Part shown: positions 42,603-53,381 of the stretch, piece after piece
Layout of the letters: the number at the start of each line of letters is the position of its first letter
Numbering within the stretch: position 1 is the first letter of the stretch
DNA from: Rebecca billardiae RCC1528
Taxonomy: Eukaryota > Protista > Haptophyta
DNA length: 64,000 bases
Direction: 5' to 3'
Assembly: GCA_965240325.2 (NCBI GenBank)
Contig: OZ251222.1
Span: 4,960,001-5,024,000, forward strand
Notes under the pieces: generated by a model
What the model saw: the letters and a program-made list of their open reading frames with translations, nothing else
Databases searched by the model: none
Told to the model about the DNA's origin: nothing
Program-made: the position numbers and the translations under genes

Positions 42603-43798
42603 CAGGGGCTGGTGCTCGCAGCGAGGCACTCGCGGTGCGAGTGCGAGCAGGGCGCGAGCGCGAGTGCGAGCAGGGCACTCGCACTCGCGCTCGCAAGGCG
42701 CCGATCCGGCCCAGCGGGCTTGCGAGTCAACTCGCAAAGGTACTCGCAAGGTGCGGTCTAGCGCGAGTATGCGAGTTGGCGCGAGCAGAAGTGCGAGTCC
42801 CTGGGCGGCCTCGTGACCGCCTGCACGGCAGGCGAGTCACAAAGCGTCAAAGCCTCGCTGCCCCCGCCCAGGGCGGCAAATGGCGAGCTCATCGGCGGCG
42901 CCGGTCGCTTCGGCGCCTGCGTCGGCGCCGGCTGCCGAGATCACCGTCTGGTCGCTGTCGAACCAGCGCGGGGTGATCGACCCGGCCTGGCTCGATCTGC
43001 CCCCCAACGGCAAAGGTGTCTCGCTCTTGTGGACGCACGTCCACCCCATCTCGCAAGCGGCGCCGACCGACTTCTCGTACGTTCAGGTGGGCAGTCAGTC
43101 GAGCAACCCGAAGCTGTACACGCACGTGTGCGTCATGCCGGGATGCGGCCAGCGCTTCACGCTCCCCCTCGACAAGGTGCGCTCGAAGGGGGGCAAGTCG
43201 GTCTTCACGATCACAAACGCGGGCAACCACCTGAAGACGATGCACCCGCTGACCGAGTACAGCAAGAAGGCCTCCATCAAGGCGGACGAGGCAGCGCTGG
43301 GGGCGAAGCGGACCATGCAGCAGGTGGGCATGTCGGTGAGTATGCCCGTCGAGAAGCAGCTCAAGCAATCGGGCCTCCTCGCTGCGGGCTTCAAGAAGGT
43401 GTCGCGCGCCGACAAACAGCTGGCGACGCAGGCGCGGTGGCAGGGTGGTCAGGGCGGCGGGTCGGGTGTAAGGCATGCTCTAATAGGGCCAAATAGGGCC
43501 AAAAATTTTCTTCGCCTCAGGCCGGCGGGGCCCCGGGGGAGGCCCCCCGGACCCCCCGCTGGGCGTGTCCGGGGGCTGCGCCCCCGGACACGTTGCCACT
43601 TGGGACTCGCACTTTGCGAGTTGGGACTCGCACTTTGCGAGTTGGGACTCGCACTTTACTCGCACTCGCACTCGCAGCCGCCCATTCCGCCCAGTGGACT
43701 GCGAGTTCAACTCGCAGTGCACTCGCAAAGTCCCCTCAAAAGTGCGAGTGCGAGTTCACTCTACTCGCAGCCGCGGAAAGTGCGAGCGACGGTCCCTG
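42603..43798 (+). mobile_element. Internally deleted hAT transposon
   Basis: 8-bp TSD AAACTGTA (42595-42602 and 43799-43806). Imperfect TIRs CAGGGGCTGGTGCTCGCA / CAGGGACCGTCGCTCGCA. Many subterminal TGCGAG/CTCGCA repeats at both ends. Confidence 0.9.
42880..43445 (+). pseudogene. Truncated hAT transposase N-terminus with BED zinc finger
   Basis: LLWTHV...CVMPGC...NAGNHLKTMHP fits the BED pattern. No catalytic domain follows before the right subterminal repeats. Confidence 0.7.
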
Positions 43799-46522
43799 AA
43801 ACTGTAGGTGGGTCCCTGGCGATTTTCCAGCGTTCTTTTAAACATTTACCGGGTTTTCTCGCCGGAATTCTTTTCGCGCGGGGCGCGGCTCGGGAAAATC
43901 GCCGGGCCGCCGGCCGAGGTCCGATCTGAACGCTCCCGACGATGTCGGAGCGCCTCTCCAGCGCGACCGAGCCGCCGTGTGTCGGGTAGACCACAGCCAA
44001 CACCTATCGCACGCTCGAGCGCTTTGCGCGTGCTCACGGATGGGATCCGTGGTCACACATCCCCCGCCTGGCACGTGCCCGCATGTTTGACTCTCGCCCG
44101 GCTAGACGCGTACAGACAACTTGAATCGATCGGCGGGTGTTCGACCCGTGCCTTCGAGCAGGGCCAGTTTTTGCCACATGCGGGTCAGGCGACGGGAGGC
44201 ATGGGCCAGTATCGTGCTCGGGCATGCTCTTGACGCTCCCGCCATCTTGAGCAGCTCAACGCACCGTGAAGGTGACATTTGGGCTGCGCGCAAGCTGCTC
44301 GTGAGAACGCACGACAGCCAGCCCCGGGCTCTCGGGGAGTCATGTAAGCGATTGGCGACTTCCGAGAGGGCGTGTTTGGTGGGGGTTGGTACCAATCATC
44401 GACCAGCAGGCCTAGGATGGGTGCACTGAGGACTTGGGATGCTGAGAAGCCGCCGCGATGTGCGGCGAGCACGCCGACTTGCCATCCGTGTGCACGATCC
44501 AGCGCCAGGAAGATCAGCAGGGCCTTTGACAGCGGCAGCAGGCGCTCAGCCATCCTTCCCTATGCCGAGTGTGGGCATAGCCTGCGGTGCTCGAGGGTGG
44601 TCGCAGGATATGGGTCCATTCTTGACAGAACGCGGTCGCGTTGACAGGCGCGGGTGCCACCCCACGCTGTTGCTCCTGCCATCGGGTGGTCCCACTCGTT
44701 CCGCTTGTGGTCTGCGAAGACTCGTACTCAGCAACTCTACGGCTAGGCGTAGTAGCCCCCCAGACGCATGTCTGATGATTGCCCGGCACGTCCTCGTCGT
44801 CACGTTGGGTGTACTTGAGCGAGCGGAAGCCGCAACGTGATGGCTAGGCCAGCAGCTCAACCATCTGACGTCTCGCCGGCCAACTGGCTGAGTGCTCTCA
44901 GCCTAGCAGCAGCGTCGGTGAACCTATCGTATTGCTGCCTGGCGAGAAGATGGTAGGAGGCATCGTCGGCGGCATGGGCTGCAGCTGCGGTAGTCGTGGA
45001 CTGGTGGCGGCCTCACGCGGGTGGGCATACGACGACCGGTGACACGCGGAGTACGAGCACGGAAGCCGCTGAACGCGGCAAGCTCCGGCGGTGGCGTTGG
45101 CTGATAGTCCAGCCTCGACGGCGGAGGGCTCCCGTGTGACGACGGTGGCACGCTCGGTGGCGGGCGATGGTGTGTGCCTCGGCACGCAGCCCGCCACAAA
45201 CACTGCCACTCGCAGGCAGTCCGCCGGTTGCGGCCCGGGAGTGCCTGTGTCCGCGTCGCTCCGGGCGCCTATTCGATGACCCAACAAACGTACCCACTTA
45301 TCGGAACGAATTTGAATATATAGTGAACCGCATCCACGGTCAATATAAAGTGGGTAACACTCATACTATATACGGGTAAGTGGCTATATATAAAGTGGGT
45401 AATATGCTCGATCTTGCTGTAGTTTGTTGGAGGTATCAGCGCACAGCATAGAGCCCCACTCTTTGCTTCATAAAATGGTTCGGTCGGGTGTCAACGGTTG
45501 CCAATAAGTCATTCCGATCGCATGTCGCCATCTAGCCACCATAACCATGAAGTAACGCTTCGCAAAATCTCTATGTGACACTACTGGCGCGGCGCGCGCG
45601 CGCTCGGCCGCGCGACGGCACGCGGAGTAGGTTTTGAGGTCGAAACTTTTGCTCCGCCCCGATGGGACGCATTTATAGCAGCGTCGATTCTGGGTGAGAG
45701 ACAAAATCTAGGACGTCATTCTGAGTGCGCCAGCATATCGCCCCAGTTGGGAGGGACCCACCTATAAGTAGCAGTCGCGTAGTTCTGCTGCCGGGAACTA
45801 TCATGCATCATCATCAATGAATATAATATAATTTCGGACGACGCGTCATTCACTCATGGCCATGGGCATGGGCATGGCCATGCGGCCCATGCCCATGGGC
45901 ATGGCCATGGCCGGGCATGGGGACTCGTGAGTCCGACTCCGAGTCAGACCGAGAGTCCGCCCGCGCCGCTCGGCCTCGGCCACGGCCCGCCACGGCCGGC
46001 CACGGGCACGGGCCGCCGACGGTCGGATCACCGGCCGGAGCACCGGCTAGCGTCCTGAATCTACTCACAGCAGTCACTATACTGGCAGCATAGCACCGTA
46101 GTACAACGACGGCCGAACAAATCGTGCTCATGGCGATTATGAACAGCATTGCCGACGAGAAGACAAGGGTCAGATGGGCACCTGAAAGTGGAAGTGGAAG
46201 TGCGGATCAAGGTCCGGGCCATCGTCTGTCGCGGGCCGAGCGGGACCGACCGCCGGGGCCGGCCGTGCGCGCCCGCCGACTCGACTCGGCACTCGCGAGT
46301 GCCACTCGTCGGTCGGCACTCGGCGCCCCGCCCCGTCAGACAGCGGTGGCTCGGTGTCTCCAGGGCGTGGCACGGGCCCCAGGAGACGGCCACGGGCGGG
46401 GCGCGCCAAGGCAGAGCACGCACACGCCGAGACCCGACGCGCCCGCGCCAACCACGGCCGACACCGGCGCGCACGGCGGCCGCCCCTGCGGCCGCGGCGG
46501 CCGCCGTCGCCACCGGCCGCCG

Positions 46523-47180
46523 TCACCAGCCGCCCGCGCCCGCGAGCGGCTGGTGCGGCAGTGCGGGGCTGAGCAGCTGGTCGAGCGCGGCCGGCTCGTC
46601 GAGCAGCCCGTCCAGGTCGTGGGCCACGCCCTCGAGGCCGTCGCACACGTCGATCTCCGGCAGCGCGGCCGCGACGTCGTACAGCGTGGCGGGCACGGAG
46701 GCGAGCAGCGCGCCGCCCATCGGCGCGCCATCAGCCCCGCCCGCGCACGCTGGCCGGTGCGCGGGCGGCCTCCACGACGGCGGCGCGCTCGGCGCGCCGC
46801 CCGACGCGCCGAGCGCGCCGGGGCGCGCGGCGCTGTTCCCCTGCGGCTTGCGCGGCCTGCGCACGCCCGCCGGCGCGGCGCCGGCGCCGGCGCCGCCGCC
46901 GGCCGAGCCGGCCGCCGCGGCGGGCGCGCCCGCGGCGGCCGCCTTGTTGCCCTTGCGCCCGTAGGTGGAGGCGGAGATCTCCTCGGGCTCCCAGCGCACC
47001 TTGGCCTTGCGCACGCGGCCGCCGCCGCCGCCCTCCGCGCCCGCGCCGCCGTCCGCGCCGGGCGCGCGCGGCTCTGCGGAGACGCCCCTCGCCAGCAGAC
47101 GCGCGCCCGCCGCCGCGGCCGCGGCGGCGGACGTGCCGGCGGCGCGGCACGCGGCGGCGGGCGCGGCCGCGGGCGCGGCC

Positions 47181-47214
<34 letters not shown>

Positions 47215-48578
47215 CGGCGGTGGGCGTGCGTTGTCGCGCGCCCGCGCGAGCCGGCGGCGGCCGCGCGGCCGCGCCGCCCTCCTCCGCCTCCGCGCGCGCG
47301 GCAGGCGCGTGCTTGCGCTTGCGCGCCGCGCCGCCGCCCGCGCCCGGGCTGGGTGGCGTGAGCAGCCCGGCCGCCTCCGCGTGCGACAGCTGGCGGAAGT
47401 GCCGCTCCCAGAGCGAGCGGCACTCCTCGGCAAACCTGCGCGCGGAGGCGGCGCGCGGAGGCGGGGCGCGCGGAGGCGGGGCGCGCGGAGCGAGGCGCGC
47501 GCGCGCGGAGGGCCGGGCGGCGTGAGCGGCTGGCGCACGGCGCGCGCTCACCCGCAGCGCGCACAGTGCCGACACCCACAGCGCACGCGCACGCGCGCTG
47601 CCGCCCGCCCGCACCTGTACACGACGGAGCCGGGCGCGTTGAAGGCGGCGGCGTTGTCCCACACCCGCAGCACGTCTGCGCACAGCTGCGCGCTGCCCGA
47701 GTAGTAGCCGCGCACGGCGCGCAGCTTGACCAGGTCGAGGTCCATCGGCTCCCGCACCAGCCTGGGCACGGCACACGGCACGGCACGGCAGGGCACGGCG
47801 GGGCAGGGCGCAGCCCAGCGCGGGGCAGGCGGAGGCGCGGGGCGGGGGTGAGGGGCGAGGCGCAGGGCAGCTGAGGCGCGCGCGGCGGCGGCGCGCGCAG
47901 CAGGGCGCGCGCGCGCGCGCACTTGTAGTAGTCGGGCACGCGCAGGCGTACGGGGTCCACCGGGTGCAGGAACGGCTTCGCGCTCGGGTGCTGCCGCAGC
48001 TTGCTCAGCAGCGGCATGAAGGGCTGCAGCCGCGCGGACCGAGCCTCGCGCTCGGCCGCGGGCAGCGCGCCGAGGGCGGCGTGCGTCGCGTCGGTCATGA
48101 CGCACGGCGGGCAGCGGAAGCCGTCGGCGGCGTCGGCGTCGTACTGCGCGCTCTCGGGGTCCGTCGCGTGGAAGCAGCCCAGCGGGAACGACTTGTTGCA
48201 CCGCGTGCACAGCACCGCGGCGGCAGCCGGCGCGGCGGCGGCGGCGGCCGGCGCGGCGGCTGGCTCTGCCGCCGGCGCGGTCGGCGGCTGGGGCGCGTCC
48301 GCGGCGTCCACGGCGTGCTCCTGAGCCTCAGCCGCCGCGCCCTGCGCCTCCCCCGCCTCCCCGCCGCCGTCACCCTCCGCGGCGCCGCTGTCGGCGCTCG
48401 ACTCGGCCGCGTCGGCCGCCGCGCGCTCGGCCAGCGCCGGCGCGGCGCCGTTGGCGGGCGCGGCGCGCTCGGCGGAGGGGCCGAGCGGCGGGCGCTCGAG
48501 CGGCGGCTTCTCGTCCTTCACCATCACAGACCCCACCAGCGCGGGCGAGGCCTGCTGCTCCTCCGCTGCCATCCCCAT
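46523..48578 (-). CDS. Bromodomain protein with partial PHD-like finger, 3 exons
   Basis: PFLHPVDPVRLRVPDYYK|..EPMDL..CADVLRVWDNAAAFN bromodomain split by introns. CTRC...C...CPPC lies upstream. Confidence 0.85.
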
Positions 48579-49210
48579 GGCGGTGCCTCGCCGCTGGAGC
48601 GCGGCGGCGCGCTCGGCTGCGCGCGCGCGCAGACACGGCGGTGCCGCGACGCGTGGGCGGCCACGGCGGGCGCGCAGGTCGAGCAGAGGTGCCCCGATCG
48701 GGACCCACCCGCGATGTGTGACACTGGCCACTGCGCGCTGTGCGAGCGCGCGGACCTCAGCGCCCCGCTGGGGCCCTGTCGAGGGAGGCGCGTGAAGCAG
48801 TGGTGGGAGGCAGCAGGCTGCTCCCGCCGCCGCGCGTCACCACAGACACAGCGCGGGAGGGGCGGAGCCGCTCGACCAGTCGGCTGCCGCCAAAGCGGCC
48901 GCTCTGAGAGTCGGCGCCGCTGATTGGCCGACGGAGTTTGGGGAAGCGCATCTGAGGGGCCCAGCCGGACTCATTCTATGATTTAACGACACAGGTAGGA
49001 CGGCGCAGGTCTCCTGATTCGTCGTCGGCAGTGCCCGATCGTCGACACGAAGTCGGCGCTGGTGGCAGAGCATAGCCTGAACCGCGATCGAATGGCTTGA
49101 GCGCGGCCTTGAGCTGCTGGAGCGCGATCCACCTGCGCTGCGCGGCTCGCATGGACCTGCTGTGCCCCGAGCGAGGGCGAGGGTGCAGGTCCGGATGTCA
49201 GACGGCCGTC

Positions 49211-49996
49211 TCAGCCGCTGGGCCCTGGCGGGTGATCCGGCGGTGATGTAGTCGTCCCCGTGTGCCCTGCGCGGCCGCGTGCGCGCTTGCCGCTCTGCTC
49301 AGCTGGCTTGCTGGCGGCGGCTGGCGCTGCTGCGGCGTGCAGGGTACGCTTTGCCCCCGACTGCTGCGCATCCTCGTCGTCCGAGTCGTCGTCCATGGAC
49401 GAGTCTCGGTCCGCGTGGGGGACAGCAGCTGGAGCAGGCGCAGGTGCTGCGGGCAGAGAGGCCGCCAGCCGCGCCGCCTTGCGCTCCTGGCGTTTCTCGA
49501 CGGCGCGCCGCGACGAGGTGCGGCGGCTCGATGGAGATCGAATCCGCCTGCCTTGCGCGTCACGCCGAGGCCCGCGCTTCCCGCGCCGAGGCTTCTTCTT
49601 CCGCTTCTGAGAGTGCTGCTGCTCGCCGTTTGCAGCCTGCACTCCAGTACCCGAGCCCTGCGCGGCGAGCGCGCGCGCCGGCGGAGCCGACTTGCGCGCT
49701 CGGCGCGGGGCGGGATGCAGGGGAGCTTTAGAAGGCGCGCCACCACCTCCCTCGCGCCGCTGGCTGCCACCAGCGGGGGTTCCCTGTGGAGAAGCATCAG
49801 GCCCTTGTGCATCAGGCGGACGCACAGACACCGTCAGACGGACACTCCCATCTGGCAGGAGGGAGATGTGCACCGCGCGCGGGAGGCCGTCGGCGGCGGT
49901 GAGCCTTGCTGCGTCACGCCAAAGGCGGACGTAGAGGCGCACCCAACGATCCGACAGCCCCTCGGGCAGCAGCGCAGTCACGTCGAGGTCGTCCAT
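49211..49996 (-). CDS. Hypothetical basic/acidic protein (orphan; possibly repeat-derived)
   Basis: ATG-started 261-codon frame with NLS-like KRKKKPRR and acidic DDDSDDED. Codon style is less GC3-biased than neighbouring genes. Confidence 0.35.
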   Translation of the reverse strand: MDDLDVTALLPEGLSDRWVRLYVRLWRDAARLTAADGLPRAVHISLLPDGSVRLTVSVRPPDAQGPDASPQGTPAGGSQRREGGGGAPSKAPLHPAPRRARKSAPPARALAAQGSGTGVQAANGEQQHSQKRKKKPRRGKRGPRRDAQGRRIRSPSSRRTSSRRAVEKRQERKAARLAASLPAAPAPAPAAVPHADRDSSMDDDSDDEDAQQSGAKRTLHAAAAPAAASKPAEQSGKRARGRAGHTGTTTSPPDHPPGPSG

Positions 49997-50213
49997 GCGA
50001 GCGTCGCCATGTACACGTGACTCCCTTGTCTGGGGGAATTGTGGTTTTGCAGACCAACCACTGACCACTCTCGGAAAACTCACGCGGAGCGCTGGAGCTT
50101 GGCTGGAGACACCGGGGGAGATAGCCAACGCAGCGGAGTTTGGGGAGAGCAAACGTGGCGCCACGCTCCGGAGCCAGCGCGGGCTCGGGGAAGAATCAGC
50201 AGGAAAGTCCAGC

Positions 50214-52214
50214 ATGGAGGCGCGCGCCGCCGCCCGGCTGCTAGGTGTGCCCGACGCGGGCGACGCGCGCGAGGTGGAGGCGCGCGTGCAGGCGGCGCTG
50301 CGCGAGCGGCTGCACGAGCTGCGCGAAGCCACGCTGCGCCTCGGCGACGCGCTCGCGCCCGACGTCGCCGACGAGGACGAGGGCGCGGGCGGCGCGGACG
50401 CGAGCGCGGCGCCGCCGCTCGCGCCGCCGCCCGCGGGCTGCCGGTACGTGCCCGCGGGGCGGCCGTCGCGCGCAGTGCCCGGCGCGGGCCTCGGTCTCTT
50501 CGTCCGTGGCGCGTGCGCCCCCGGCGACGTGCTCTGCCTCTACCCCGGCGTCGTGTACGACGCGTCGGACCTCGGGCTGATGCACGCGCTCGTGCTGCGC
50601 GGCAACAGCCACGTCGTCTGCAGGCGCGACGGCGTGCTGATCGACGCGAGGCCGGCCGAGCCGTCGGCGAGCATCCTCGCGATGGCGCGCGCGCGCGACG
50701 CCGCCGCGTCCCGCGCGCCGCGCGCCCCCCCGCCCGCCGCCGCGCACGCCGCCGCGCTCGTGGCGGGGTGCAACGCGTGGGCGCTCGGCCACCTCGCCAA
50801 CCACCCGCCCGCTGGGCGCGCGGCGAGCGTGTGCCTGTACCCGCTCGACCTCACGCAGGCGCAGCTCGACGCGCTGGGCGGGCTCGGCTGGCTCCCCAAC
50901 GCCAACTTCCGCCCGCCGCTGCCCGCCTCGCGCGGAGAGCCCCTGGCGCTGCGCTGCGCGCTGCTGCTCGCCCTGCGGCAGCTGCGCCACGGCGCTGAGG
51001 CGCTGCTGGACTACCGGCTGAGCGCGGACGCGGAGCACGCGCCCGCGTGGTACGCCACGCCCGAGCCGAGGCGCAGCCGCGAGGCCGCCGCGGCCCGAGC
51101 GCGTGCCGCCGACGCGCGGCGCGCCGCCGGCGCCGACGCGCCGGCCGCGGTGGGGGCCGCCGCCGACGCGCCGGCGGCCGTGGCGGCGCGCGCGGAGGCG
51201 GAGGCGGAGGCGGAGGCGGAGGCGGAGGCGGAGGCGGAGGCGGAGGCGGAGGCGGAGGCGGAGGCGGAGGCGGGCGCGGGCGCGGGCGTGGCCGAGGGCC
51301 CCGAGCCGCGCGAGCCGCTCGTGCTCGGCGCGGACGAGTACGCCGCGAGCGTGCAGCGCCAGACCACCGGCGGCGAGGTCTGGCCCGCCGCGCGCGCGCT
51401 GCTGTGCGCCCTGCGCGCGCACCGGCACGCGCTGCTGCGGCTGCGGCCGCGCGCACGCGTGCTCGAGCTCGGCAGCGGCACGGGCTGGCTCGGGCTGAGC
51501 CTGGCGCGCGCGGGGCTGCTGCCGAGCGGCGCGGAGCTCGTGCTCAGCGAGCACCCGGCGGGCGTGGAGTGGCTGCGGCGCAACGTCGAGGCCAACGCGG
51601 CGGAGGGCGGCGGCACAGCCGGGCCCGCAGCCGCCGCACCCGCCGCAGCCGCACCCGCAGCCGCACCCGCAGCCGCAGCCGCCGCCGGGCGCTGCACGGT
51701 CTGCACGCTCGGGCGCGGCGTGCGCGTGCGCGTGCTCGAGCTGGACTGGGCGTGGTGGGCGGAGGGGGCGGCGGAGGGCGCGGCGGCGGAGGCGGTGCGC
51801 CAGGTGGAGGCCACCCCGTGGGACCTGGTCATCGGCTCAGACCTCGTGTACGACAACGCGGGCGTGCGCGCGCTGCCAGCGCTGCTCGAAGCGCTCGCCG
51901 CGGCCGCGGCCGAGCGCGGCCGCGGCCGGCTGCTGTACGCGCACACGCTGCGCCGGCTCGAGAGCTGCGACGCGCACTTCTTCGCGCAGCTGCACGCGAG
52001 GGGGATGGCGTACCGCGAGCTGCCCGCGCAGCCGCCCGGCGGGGACGGTCATGGCGGCGCCGCGGACGAGGGCGGCGCCGCGCGGCCCGCGTCGCCGCCG
52101 CCGTTCAGCGAGCTCTTCCCCGAGGTGCGGCAGGCCGTGTTCGAGATCGCAATCTCCGGGGGGCCGGGCGAGGAGGGGGAGGACCGGCACTCCGTCGTGC
52201 TGCCCGACGCGTAG
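50214..52214 (+). CDS. SET-domain (SETD9-like) plus seven-beta-strand lysine methyltransferase (Methyltransf_16-like) fusion
   Basis: SET part: GLGLF, LYPGVVY, RRDGVLIDA, ALGHLANHPP, EALLDY. 7BS part: TGGEVWPAA, VLELGSGTG, LRRNVEAN, LELDW, DLVIGSDLVYD. The two are joined by an (EA)n linker. Confidence 0.8.
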   Translation: MEARAAARLLGVPDAGDAREVEARVQAALRERLHELREATLRLGDALAPDVADEDEGAGGADASAAPPLAPPPAGCRYVPAGRPSRAVPGAGLGLFVRGACAPGDVLCLYPGVVYDASDLGLMHALVLRGNSHVVCRRDGVLIDARPAEPSASILAMARARDAAASRAPRAPPPAAAHAAALVAGCNAWALGHLANHPPAGRAASVCLYPLDLTQAQLDALGGLGWLPNANFRPPLPASRGEPLALRCALLLALRQLRHGAEALLDYRLSADAEHAPAWYATPEPRRSREAAAARARAADARRAAGADAPAAVGAAADAPAAVAARAEAEAEAEAEAEAEAEAEAEAEAEAEAGAGAGVAEGPEPREPLVLGADEYAASVQRQTTGGEVWPAARALLCALRAHRHALLRLRPRARVLELGSGTGWLGLSLARAGLLPSGAELVLSEHPAGVEWLRRNVEANAAEGGGTAGPAAAAPAAAAPAAAPAAAAAAGRCTVCTLGRGVRVRVLELDWAWWAEGAAEGAAAEAVRQVEATPWDLVIGSDLVYDNAGVRALPALLEALAAAAAERGRGRLLYAHTLRRLESCDAHFFAQLHARGMAYRELPAQPPGGDGHGGAADEGGAARPASPPPFSELFPEVRQAVFEIAISGGPGEEGEDRHSVVLPDA

Positions 52215-52395
52215 CGCCGCCGTCGCTGTCGTCAGCGCTACCAGACTGCGATGTGGCTAGCCGTAGTGCGGCCGTGAGCGCTGAGTCGTGTATGGTAGGC
52301 GTCGTTACGCGAGCGGTTTCCGTTACAAACACGCTGCGGCCGTGCAGCGGGCGCAACAGACGCGTGCGGCCCCGCTCTTTGCCCCGGCCTTGACG

Positions 52396-53322
52396 ATGGT
52401 GGTCGGCGCGAGCGTCACGTCCACACCGCCGCCGCCGTCGGGCGGGCGCGCTGCGCTGGGCTCGCTCGTCGGCGGCGCGGCCTTCGCGCCCCCTCCGCAT
52501 CCCGCCACCGCCGCCGCCCGCCCCGCCGCGCTGCCCGTCGCCGGGCTGCTCAGCGCCAAGCGCGCGGCGGCGCGGCTGCGGCGCCGCCGCTCCGACCACT
52601 CCGGCTTCACGGACGTGGAGGCGCTGCACGGCCGGATGCGCGGCGAGGCGGAGGCGGCGTACGCGGCGGCGAGCGCGCCGATGCCGCTCGCCCCGCCGCC
52701 GCCGCTCCCCGCCGGCGCGCGCGCCGCCACCCGCCTCGCCTCCTCCGCGCGGCTGCAGTGCGGCGTCGCGCTGCTCGCGCGCGCAGACACGCCCCTCTTC
52801 GCGCCGGCGGCGCGCGTGGGCGAGGCGGACGTGGCGGCGTGGCTCGCGGCGGAGCGGTACGAGCGCGCCACCGCGCTGCGCGCGCACATGCGCGGCCTCC
52901 TCCTCGAGCTCGCCGACGCCGCCGTCACCGCCGTGCACGCGGCACGCGACGCGGCGCGCACGCGCGCGCGCCGGCGCGCGGCCGCGGCGCACCGGTTCTA
53001 CACGGACGACGCGGCGCTGGGGAAGGCGCTGCTCGACGCGCGGCTGTACGCCGAGGGCGCGCGGCACTACGCCGACGCGCTGCGCGCGCGCCCCGACGGC
53101 CCCGGCTTCAGCGCGGGCCTCCACTCTGCGCTGGCGCACCTGTCGCTGCAGGCGCGCGCGCCGCTGCAGCTGCCGCTGCGGCCGGGCGCGGGCGCGGCCG
53201 CGCGCAAGGCGTGGGAGCCGCTCGACGCGGCGCAGCGGGAGAGGCCGCCGCCGCGCGGCGCGGCCGAGGCCGACGCGCCGGGTGCGCCGCCGCCGGCCGT
53301 GCCGCCGCCACCGCCGGATGCG

Positions 53323-53381
<59 letters not shown>

